Shown piece by piece: positions 32,885 through 43,400 of a DNA stretch of 64,000 bases (positions are counted from its first letter, which is position 1; each line of letters starts with the position of its first letter). The DNA lies in assembly GCA_000004985.1 (NCBI GenBank), contig GG738884.1; one strand, written 5' to 3'. Origin of the DNA: Naegleria gruberi. Its lineage: Eukaryota. Both the position numbers and the translations under genes were made by a program. The notes beneath the pieces were generated by a model. That model was given only the letters and a program-made list of their open reading frames with translations. It had not been told where the DNA came from and did not search any database.

Positions 32885-33853
32885 ATGGTACGTTATCTGT
32901 GGGAATGGATCTTGTCTAACTAAAAACTCTTGCTAATAATTTTATTATTGCTTACTCCTTCTCTCTCTTCAATCACTCTATGATGTTAATATATTATGAT
33001 AACAATTATTATTGATGATGATTATATATAGGCCAGAGGACCAAGAAAGCACACCAAGAGAATTGCTGCTCCAAAGCACTGGATGATGTCCAAGTTGGGT
33101 GGTGTTTATGCACCAAAGCCAAAGCCAGGCGCTCACGCTGCTAGAGAATCATTGCCACTTTTGTTGTTGTTGAGAAACAGACTCAAGTATGCCGCTACTG
33201 CCAAGGAAGTTAACGTTATTTTGAAGCAAAGATTGGTCAAGGTTGACGGTTTGGTTAGAACTGATAAGAGCTATCCATCTGGTTTCAATGATGTCATCTC
33301 CATTGATAAGACCAACGAACACTTCAGACTTTTGTTCGATACCAAGGGTAGATTCGTCATTCACCCAATCTCTGAAAGAGAAGCCAACTATAAGCTCTGT
33401 AAGGTTACCAAGAGAGGTACTGCCACTCAAGGTGTTCCATACATCCAAACCAACGATGGTAGACTCATCAGATTCCCAGACCCATCCATCAAGGTCAATG
33501 ATACCGTTAAGGTTGATATTGAAACTGGTAAGGTCACCAAGTCTGTCCACTTCGAATCTGGAAACTTGTGTATGGTCACTGGTGGTCACAATCAAGGTCG
33601 TATTGGTGAAATCGTCAACAGAGAATTGCACCCTGGTTCCTTCGAAATTGTCCACGTTAAGGATATTGCTGGTAACAACTTCACCACTCGTGCCAACAAT
33701 GTTTTCGTTCTCGGTCAAGGACACTCCTCCATGATCACTCTTCCAAAGGGCAAGGGTTTGAAGTTGAACGTTGTTGAAGACAGAAAGAAGCAAATGAGAT
33801 TGGCCAAGAAGTCCAAGAAGGCTGGTCTTAAGAAGAAGACTGAATCCAAGTAA
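32885..33853 (+). CDS. RPS4: 40S ribosomal protein S4 (eS4), 274 aa, 2 exons: 32885..32887 (ATG only) and 33032..33853
   Basis: Exon 2 begins [54 protein letters not shown]... and continues ...[34 protein letters not shown]..., which aligns colinearly with eS4 ([23 protein letters not shown]...). The initiator ATG (32885) is followed directly by a GTACGT donor; the acceptor is TATATAG at 33031. Confidence 0.9.
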
Positions 33854-33936
33854 ATTCACTAAAACTATTTAAAATAAACAAAATTTCAAAAAACAATTAA
33901 ACATTTCTCTTTTTTTGAGTCAATTCTAGTTGCTTC

Positions 33937-36468
33937 TTGAAGTTGTTTAAGAAATACATCAAAAAAATGGTCACATTGGCTTGCAAATCTTGGCTTTTAC
34001 CATTCATGAATGACAATTTAGAAGCGGCTGTGATGAAGAAACCTCTGGAGGAGTATCCCAAACCATCAAAGCAGAGAAATCTTGTTCAAGTTATAGATCA
34101 CAGTGAAAATTTACATTCCGAATCAGTTTCATTCAATGATCTCTATGTGTTACATCTTTCCGATGGGTTTCATTTTGTGACTGCCAAACTCTCTCCCAAA
34201 TCTATTAAGAGATTGTACAAGTAAGTTGAATTTTCAAGAGTAATCAGAATTAATCCTTTTCATCATTCAATTCCTTTATTAATATACTAAAAATCCATTA
34301 CGTTGTTAATACATTCATTGAAATGCAGACGATTTCCCAACTTTAAACCACTTTCCAAACTCAGAGGAGCCATCATTCGACTCGATGATTATTTCTTTGT
34401 GTTGGGAGGTCCCAATCGATCTCTGTGCTCCATTGTTGTTAACAAGTTTGATTATGTTGGAGCTGCATTGTCCGGAACTTTTCGATCTCCCTCTAACCTT
34501 TCTTCAACTCTCTCAAAACACTTTTCCTTCCAAAATCAACAATTAACCAGACTAAACAATCACCTTATTAATCCAAACAACCTCTTCCTTCAAAACAATC
34601 AAAAAAAACTCCATTCACCTCTTCGACCATTCGTTCCTGGAAGAAACTCAATTCTCAATCATCATACTGCTAGTAATAACAACATTGCTTCTCATTCAAA
34701 CAAAAGTAATTTCAACAACCCTCAAGATTCTCACCAACAAAAACAAACCTTCCCAAGCAATATTGTGAATAATAATACTGCAATTGCTCATCCTTTTCAT
34801 AATAACATCATTCAACCAACAATAACATCCTCATCAACAATGAACCAAGTGCAGAGCAATTTTTTCGCGCCATTTTTGAATGTTTTTAGTTCGACCCAAA
34901 AAACAAACGAAAAAATACCACAACATCAACCCTCTGCACCAATTTTGATAACGGAAGAATTGGACAAGACTAAAAGTGCATCAGGAATAGAGGTATTTCA
35001 TCATAACAAACAAGTAGAATTGTTGCAACAAGAACAACATCAAGGAGAGGAAATCATGGATCAACGAAAAGAATTGACCAAGGAGATTACGGTAAATCAT
35101 CACCATATGGAAGATGCACAATTATCACAAAATTCATTCTTTGTGGAGAATGTTGAAGATGCTTGTGAAATTCCAGCCTCTCAAATGGAACAATTAAAGA
35201 GGATGGAAATACCAGGATTTTCCAATGAAGAATCAATGATGGAAATTCCGATTCCTTCAACTCAACAACTTAAAGCACCAGAACCTTCGAATAGTGTTTC
35301 TTCAATTACTGTTACAGAGTTGGTATCGACATCGGTAACATTGCAAAGTGATAATACCGAAGAGGAATACACTCAAAGAAATGAATCACCATCATATGTG
35401 AGAGTGATATCCACCCCACATAAAAGAAGAACAATTACTGGGATACTGTCTCCAGATCTTGAAATTCCTTCGAGGATACCCCAAAAATTAGAAGTGACTC
35501 CTTCAATAATTCAATCACAAGAAATTACAAGTGACAATGACAGTGATGATGCTATGGAAGATGCTCCAGAAATAATACCCTTCTCCTACAGAAGTGGCTC
35601 TGTATTTTCCCCTTCAAGATATAAGAACATGGCTCCTCCTATAGTCTATCTTCACAGTCAAAATTTCCATACTCAAAAGGCTCCAAGCACTCCTTTACAA
35701 TCCTCTTCAATTAATAATAATAATACTTCTGCTGCCAAAGTTGCTTCAAATCAGAACACATTAGAGATTAAAGAAACACCAGTAAAGGACATTGACGAAT
35801 TTCAAGATCTCATAAATCGAAGGAATAATAGAATAGAAGATGAATCATTTGATTCCTCTGAGGATGAAAATGAAAAGTATGAGGCCTACATGAATAGATC
35901 ACTATTCAGAAATCCTTTACATTTGGAGGAGCATGCCTTCAAGAAGCTTGAACAACGTGCATTACCTCATCATAAAAAAATTATTCAAGCTAGGGAGAGA
36001 AGAAGACAGGAAGAGGATCAAAGGTCAAGAACTATTACAACTATTGAGGTAGAAACTGATATTGAAATAACACCAGACACCATGCTGGAAATACTGAAGG
36101 ATCCACCACTTGAAAGTAGAAAGAGACAAATTATTGAGGAAAAACCAAAAGATAATTTGAAAAAACAAAAAACCAATCCTTCACAATCCTCTCCAAACAC
36201 CACAAGTAGTAGTGAAACAGTTACAAAAAATCCTACACAAAAAGTCCTCTCCTCTTCAAGCACTACTACAAAAATTCAGGATTCTCCAAAACCTGTACAG
36301 ACACAACCAAAACCACAAGAATCTTCAAAAACAGTACTGCAGACACAACCAGTATCACAAGCTCAATTACAACAATCATCCAACCAATCAACTAAACGAA
36401 TCGAAAAGAAACCAACTGAAAAACCTAGGAAAAAAGCAAATTATAGCAATTGGTCTGCCTTTTTGTAA
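33937..36468 (+). CDS. OB-fold protein resembling RMI1 (N-terminal DUF1767 plus OB1) or RPA70N, with a long Asn/Ser/Gln-rich acidic C-terminus; 2 exons: 33937..34220, 34329..36468
   Basis: Spliced N-terminus: ...VQVIDHSENLHSESVSFNDLYVLHLSDGFHFVTAKLSPKSIKRLYK|RFPNFKPLSKLRGAIIRLDDYFFVLGG. This follows the pattern of the RMI1 OB1 segment ([56 protein letters not shown]). Intron 34221..34328 (GTAAGT..TGCAG, 108 nt, phase 2). Family assignment is tentative. Confidence 0.4.
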
Positions 36469-36473
36469 AATAT

Positions 36474-37504
36474 TTATTTCTTCTTTTTACTAGATACTGG
36501 CCTAGAGCTTGATTGTTTTTGTTTTTGTTGTGACGTTGTTGCCAATACTTTCTTTCTTCTCTGTTCAAGAATGGTTTCTCTTTGCTTTTCCTTTTCTTCC
36601 TCTTCGTCCAGTTTTGATTTGATTGAGAGAGGAAGCCAATTATCCAATTCTTGAACTAGGAGGGCATCTCGTTTTCGTTCTGCTTCAATTTCTTGCATCT
36701 TTAATCTTTTATAGAACTCATCATTTTCTTCCAGTAAGGTTCTTGATGTTTTGCTAAGAGTTTCACACAATCTGTCTCCACTGTTGTTTTTCAAGTTCAT
36801 GATTGGTGAATTCATTTGAAATCTTATCTAAAGACTTACTTTGGGTGAATATATTTTGGGTGATCCGAGTGAACACTCAGAACAGGAGGGTACATTACAT
36901 TCGATGCAGTGGCCCTACTTAAATCATGTCCAGAAAATACTGATGGCCTCTGATTAATATTATTCTTTTTTCTTCCCATGAATTGTTCCAAAGCTACTTC
37001 AGTTCCTCTTTTTTGTTCAACTCGTTTACCACTCTCATCATAAACCTTCTTTGGTTTTGGAACTCCAAATAAATGGTCTAACTCGGTCTTGTTATTTACA
37101 TGATCTAGTAAACACAATTGAAGATCAAAATTGATCATCATTCTCAATTAAAACCTACCTGGAAACATTGCCTTTCTCTTCACTTTAATTTCCTCAGTTG
37201 TTGGTCCATCAATCATCTTTTTCCTCACACTTTTATATTCTGGTTGTGGTTCACTTAATACTCTTATTTGTGGTTTATATTCAAATTCACTTGTTGGTTC
37301 TTGCAGAGGGTAATGTTTTCGGATACTATCACCATGAGTTATCCTTGGAAATTCACTTGTATAGAATGTTGAAAATCCCTTCCCCAAAGTTTCCGTCGTT
37401 GCTGTTGTATCATTATTCAAATAGGTTCTCTTCTGTCCGTACATCCAATGATTAGGAGAGGATCCGACAATTCCCTCTAATCCACCCGAGAAATTACTAG
37501 TCAT
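36474..37504 (-). CDS. Hypothetical protein (about 305 aa) with a coiled-coil, Lys-rich C-terminus; 3 exons on the minus strand: 37159..37504, 36840..37104, 36474..36780
   Basis: Three consecutive minus-strand ORFs are linked by two short canonical introns: 37105..37158 (GTAGGT..TACTAG, 54 nt, phase 1) and 36781..36839 (GTAAGT..CAACAG, 59 nt, phase 2). Splicing keeps one frame throughout: ...KRKAMFP-D-HVNNKTELDH...KYIHP-N-GDRLCETLSK...SKKKK. Confidence 0.4.
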
Positions 37505-38109
37505 GCTTATTTTTTTCTAAGTAAGATTTTAAAAAACTGTAAAATTTTAAATTGGCGCCAAAATTAATGGGTCTTGGTGTTCTTAACGTTTTTACTGAAT
37601 TTATTAGTTTTTTCAATTTTATTTAATAATTCCTTATTTAGTAGCTATGTTATTTTTCAAAATTATTTTTTACTTTCATAACCAGCTACCAATCCAGAAA
37701 CTACTGTCTTGGATGGTTGTGGTTGTGGAGGGCATGCATGAATTTTCAATGTAGTACCAGTAACTGTGTGAGTAGTGACAGGTGGCACACCAGCACTTGT
37801 TGGTGGAATAGAATTATCTTGTTGTTGAGACATTTGGCTTGATGATGTTGAATAGTTTTTTTATGCTTGTTTCTTTGAAGCGAATCCAACTTGAGTGAAA
37901 TAGTCAATTTCGTTCCTTTTTATTCCTTTTGATTTTTGATGCAACCTTTCCTATGGTTGATCATATTTTAGCCGAAACCAATTTATTGTTTTCAACAACC
38001 ATTTTTTATTAAGGAGGAACAATGAACTAAGTAAATTGTTTACAACAACAAAATTAATAAAATTATTACACAAAAAAAAACAACAATATTTTTTCCTTTC
38101 AATTATTCA

Positions 38110-38985
38110 ATGAATCAACTAATACCAATTCCCATTCTTTCATTCAAAAATCTCTCCACAGAACAATTAAAACAATTTTTCCTCGATTCACAGCCTGTGA
38201 TTATTCGAGGAATCTCCGAGAATCAGATTTTCTCTCATGTTATGGAATGGTCATTGGATGATCTTTTGAAAAAGGTTCCAAATGTTGAATTTCCAATTAC
38301 TTATCGTGGTGAGGATAGTCATGTGGTTGGAGCTGAATCTGTTTCCAAGATGAAACTTGGAGAATTTATTGGAAAGTGTAGTGAGATTAAATCAGCAGAG
38401 TTGGAGAAGAAATCTTGTATTCGATACTACTTGTCAGGAAGTAATTTATTGGAAGATCTGAATGGGGATAATGCGAATGATGAACTAGTTCAAATAAGAA
38501 ATGAAACTTTGCAATTTAAACAATTTATTGAGGAAAAATTATCAGAAACTAAACGATTGTCCTCTTTAGGATTTTGGATTGGTTTGGATGGACAGAAAAC
38601 TCATCTCCACTTTGATTGTGTAAATAATCTCATGTTGCAAATTAGAGGAAGAAAGACTTTTCTACTAGTTTCTCCCCATAATCATTTGAAACTTAATTTA
38701 CATTCGTATAAATCGTCGAAAGGTCAAGATATGGATGGAGAAATTTACCGATTCTCTCAGTATGATATCTTCAATACGGAAATTCCAAAAGTTGAAATAT
38801 TTAAAGGAACAATTGAAAGAGGAGATTGCATTTTGATTCCTTTAGGTTGGTTTCATGCAGTTTATTCTGAAGGAGAGGAAACAAATTATGGATCTTACAA
38901 TATTGCCTTAAACGCATTTTGGAATGCAACTGAGAGTGAATGGGATACATGGAAACATTTAAAACTATTCAGAAATAATTATTAA
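38110..38985 (+). CDS. JmjC-domain (cupin-like, 2-oxoglutarate/Fe(II) oxygenase) protein, 291 aa
   Basis: ATG at 38110. Contains GFWIGLDGQKTHLHFDCVNNLMLQIRGRKTFLLVSP...ILIPLGWFHAVYSE. The HxD ... H metal-binding triad (HLHFD ... WFHAV) and the double-stranded beta-helix pattern fit small JmjC hydroxylases. Confidence 0.65.
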   Translation: MNQLIPIPILSFKNLSTEQLKQFFLDSQPVIIRGISENQIFSHVMEWSLDDLLKKVPNVEFPITYRGEDSHVVGAESVSKMKLGEFIGKCSEIKSAELEKKSCIRYYLSGSNLLEDLNGDNANDELVQIRNETLQFKQFIEEKLSETKRLSSLGFWIGLDGQKTHLHFDCVNNLMLQIRGRKTFLLVSPHNHLKLNLHSYKSSKGQDMDGEIYRFSQYDIFNTEIPKVEIFKGTIERGDCILIPLGWFHAVYSEGEETNYGSYNIALNAFWNATESEWDTWKHLKLFRNNY

Positions 38986-39326
38986 TTTGTTTTTTTGGAC
39001 ATGTGACAGTCTTTAGAATTTAACAGAATGAAATTTCAAATGGGATGGACTATGTATGATTGAATATTCGTGTAATAGTTGTGTCCAATCTTTTGCAGAT
39101 TATGCTTTTGGATTAAGGTGTTGTATAAAAATTCGTCCAGTTTCGAATATACTTTCGCACTGTAAGAAATAATTACATCTTATATAATTGTAAAGGAAAA
39201 GGATTGTAATCAACACAATCCGTAACCTCCAAACTTCCAAAATTCACACAGTGGAACGTCAATGCAAAAACTTTCTAATCACAAATCATTTCGAATAAAA
39301 AAAAAACTCTTTCAACAAGTGAACCG

Positions 39327-40326
39327 ATGAAAAATCGCTCCACAATCCTTCTCACCACTCTTCTGGTTCTCCTTTCTGTTGTTTTTCAACAAGTCAACCT
39401 TGCAACTGGTCAAACATTTAAAAATTGTTATAGACATTCGACAGGTAAACAAATTGAATGGACCATTGATGACACAAACAATGAATTCAGAGCTCTAGTT
39501 ACATTACCTAACGCTAAAGGTTGGGGAGCTTTTGGTTTAAAGACAACTTCTGCTGGTATGACTGGAGCTACCATTGTGATGGCATATTTAGGTTCGAATA
39601 ATGTTACAACGAATATTAATGAAGTAAGTTGATTGTTTGGTTCTCTATCGCATTAACCACCTTGAAAATTCTCCTTTTATTCAACTGCATATTTCACATC
39701 CATGATGGTGATGATAATGATGAATTTTTATTCGAAACTAAAAGTATTATGCTGCTTCGACTACTATTCCAACAAGAATTAAAGCAACAGGCACAACGTC
39801 ATTCACTAACTTTTTCGTTAATGCAGCCATGAATTATACTGGAAATAATTTATATATCCATGTTGTGAGAAGAATGACTCGACCATCCAATGCACCATCA
39901 ACCTATTTCCAATTCACTGGAAAGAGTACAAGTTATGATTTGCTGTTTGCTCTCCACTCTTCCACAAAGCCAAAGAGTGCTGATTCTTTCTTTCAACATT
40001 CTGAAACACTTCACTTGCAACCATTCACATTTTACACACAACAAAATTATTCAATCAATTGTAATGCCACACCAGCAAGGAATATTCCAGTGTTACCTTC
40101 TACCCCACCTCCACCTGCTCCAACTCCTGTTACTAATACTACCAATGGAACAACACCAGTAACATCAACATCAACAACAACAAATTCAACACGTAACAAT
40201 AATACTGCAGTTTCATCATCTTGGAGTATTCACCAAAATGGTGAAAATAGTTTTATTGGAAATTCATTCAAGTGGATTTGCTTTATTGCCTGTTTTGTTA
40301 CCATGTACATTATGAGAAATGATTAG
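39327..40326 (+). CDS. Secreted DOMON-like domain protein with a Ser/Thr/Pro-rich stalk and a hydrophobic C-terminus (GPI-anchor-like); 2 exons, roughly 39327..39623/39627 and 39827..40326
   Basis: Signal peptide MKNRSTILLTTLLVLLSVVF. The block AKGWGAFGLKTTSAGMTGATIVMAYLGSNNVTTN resembles the DOMON core (GW-A-GFS ... M-G-D-VV). Exon 2 is ...YTGNNLYIHVVRRMTRP...TPPPPAPTPVTNTTNGTTPVTSTSTTTNST...FKWICFIACFVTMYIM. Intron about 200 nt; the exact junction is ambiguous (see findings). Confidence 0.4.
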
Positions 40327-40400
40327 ACTATTTTCCTCAAGAAACAATTTTGTAATTTTAGTGAGATTAAAAATAATTCATTCTTTTATTTTCAATGTAA

Positions 40401-43400
40401 TTAATTAGTGCCCCCTCCAACATTATTACTGGAATTATTATTCTTTGATATATATTGATATTCTAATTGGTCACTATCCTTAGATAAATTAGAGTCTGGA
40501 TAACTTTGCTTTTCAGTATTATGAATGTTATGATTACTATTATTATTACTATTTTGTTGAGGGTCATCTTGGCTAACTACATGACCTGCCACCTCGTCTT
40601 CACTTACAACTGCACAAGCATGGTGATGAGCTTTCATCATGTAGGTTGTACATAAGCCTTTTCCTTTCACTTCAACCATTCTTTCTTCAAATTCAAAACC
40701 TAAATCATAAACTCTTTCGTAGGTTGATCGAGAACAGTGGATTCTACCGCCTAAACTTGTACTTTCCATTCTTGAGGCCATATTAATGGTATCACCCCAC
40801 AAATCATAAGCAAACTTCTTGGTACCAATAACACCAGCAACTACACCTCCTGTATTAATACCAACACGAACATTGATTTGATGTCCAAGTGCTTGACGAT
40901 TCTCCAAGTTATAATTTCTCAATACTGCGAAAATATCCATTGCAAATCTGAGAGTTCTTTCAGGGTGATCTGATTGAGTATTACCAATACCACCAACACA
41001 AAAGTAAGCATCACCAATGGTCTTGATCTTTTCCAATTGATACTTGTCTGTGAGTGAGTCAAAACCATTGACCACAGAGTTCAACATCATGACAATTTCA
41101 GTTGGTGTAAGACAACTACTAATAGATGTAAATCCAACCATATCAGAGAAGAAACATGTAATATCATTGAACTTTTCAGCAATGAATGTTTCACCTGATT
41201 TGAGTCTATTGGCAACAGCTTCAGGAAGGATTGAACGAAGGAGATTTTCCGACTTTTTCTTTTCTTCTGCCAACAGGGCATTTTGTTTCTTCTCTGAAGT
41301 GACATCCTTAATAAAGCAAGTGACAACAGGCTTGTTATCAAAGAGTGTTGAGAACAAGTTAATCTTGGCAGGGAATTTGGTATTATTCTTTCTGATACAT
41401 TCCACTTCAATAGTTTCTCCTTGAGCATCAGCATTGGTATTATCCTTTGATGCCTTAATCAAATCATCAATAACTTTACCAAGTGTATCTCTGTTAGAGG
41501 AGTCAAACAAATTGAATAATGGCAAACCAACAAAATCAGTTTGCTTACAGCCAAACATTCTCTGGGCTGCTGGATTAAAAATTTCAATATCACCACGATG
41601 GCTACACAACACGGCACCATCAACAGCAGCATTAAGAATATTCTTCACTTTGGAATCATCATTCTTGGCATTTTCCTTTGTTTCTCTATTCTTGAACATT
41701 GTAATTCTTGAAGGTAATGTATGGTACATGATAAAGTTTCTCATTGTTTCTTCAGAGTCCATCAAATCCAAAGGAATGTAATTGAACATAATTCTCACAT
41801 GGAAAACATTATTCCAATGTGAATCAAATATATTGTAAAGAGCAAAGGAGAATACTAACAACAGCACCGCCCCAACTAGTGAAAAGGCAATAACATATGA
41901 CACTGAAGTTACAGAGAATACTGAAATTAATGTATCCAAGAATACTAACAAACGATCAGTCAGAGCATCTGCCAACACATAGGTTTGCACTTGATTGGAG
42001 AAGAGTTTGAAAGTGGCTGATTTCATTGCAAAAATGTCAGCAGTATTTTCAGATGAAAGTTGAGCATAGATTTCAATCAAATGTTCCAAACCCTTGCATG
42101 AATAAATAGTAGAGTTTGATGTGCAGTTTGTGTCTTGCACCATTGAATCAATCTTTGTAGAGATACCAACACTTGGTAACTTGTTATCTTCAACATTACC
42201 ATAGGCCAGATTATTCCAGCTTGAAACAAGATTTGTTGTGAGTGTTTTCATTTCAGTCTTGTAAGAAATAACATCAGATCCTTCCTTTGATAACTGAGGA
42301 TCATTAATAGCAAGTCCACTTGGTAAGGAAATGTAATTAAATAATTCACCAACGTTGAATGTTGTTCTTTGAATGGATGAGAGAGCTGTTGTTGCTTCCT
42401 TAATATTTAACATGGTACGGTGGGTAGAAATGGTATTGAATGAAGATTCCATGTAGAACATTCCTGAGCACAGAATTGTCACACCCACAATACACAAACC
42501 AATGAGAGCAGCACTCATGTACGGTTTTAGAATTCTCTTTGGTAATTGAATAGAGGCATCATCCACTTCAGATTGCTTTCCTAGGTTATGGTAAATCTTA
42601 CCAATAACATCTTTAGGTACATTCTTTTCCAAGAGTTTAACAAATGTCTTGAGGGAAGAAAAGCTAATTGTTACATAAACCACATAGACAATAGTAAGGA
42701 CACCATAAAGTGAATTGGATGCTAAAAAGTAAATGAAAAAGCTTTGGTCAAGTACTTCCGTTTTTTGTTGAGTTCTGGAAATAAAACTTTGACAAAAAAC
42801 ATCAAAGGCCCCTTGGAATGCATCTTGGTTCAACCACAAGAACATGAATGGATATGAACTGAGCGTGCTATTGTACTCATTTGGTGAGAGGCCTTCAAAA
42901 TATTCTATGTGTTTCATCATTGAGTAGACCATTTGGGAAATCGAGACATTACTTGGGTTAGTATTATTAAAGATACCCAAATCGTTTGGATTTTCAACGT
43001 TTGGAACAACAATTTGCCTGCTAACAGAAATATAATCAGAGTACATCTCTGGTGTGAATAAACCTTTTTGACCCATTACCCTAAGGTCATCAATGAATTG
43101 CTTTGCTTTTGATAACTTTCCTTTCAGCTTGGCAATGAACTCTTCAGTGCTGCTCATATCGAGAGTATGTAATAATTTTAGATTTTCAGATGGGCTGTTC
43201 TTGTAGAGATTCAAGTAGGTTTGTTGTAAACGAATATCTCTCAATGCAAGAAGAGGGACCATTCTTGGCTTGCATGCACTTTGCACTGCCTTAATATCAC
43301 TTAATACCAAGCTTGAAATAACAGAGTCCCATATTATACCTGATGCCAATAGTAAGAAAGAAGCAATAACGAAAATTAAAAAGGAAAGTAGCTGAACATT

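Noticed and set aside
33149-33859. 236-aa minus-strand ORF and a 163-aa alternative-frame plus ORF overlapping the eS4 gene
   Set aside because: Both lie entirely within the strongly supported eS4 coding exon. Such shadow ORFs are expected antisense or out-of-frame to a highly codon-biased gene, and their products are low-complexity with no homology.
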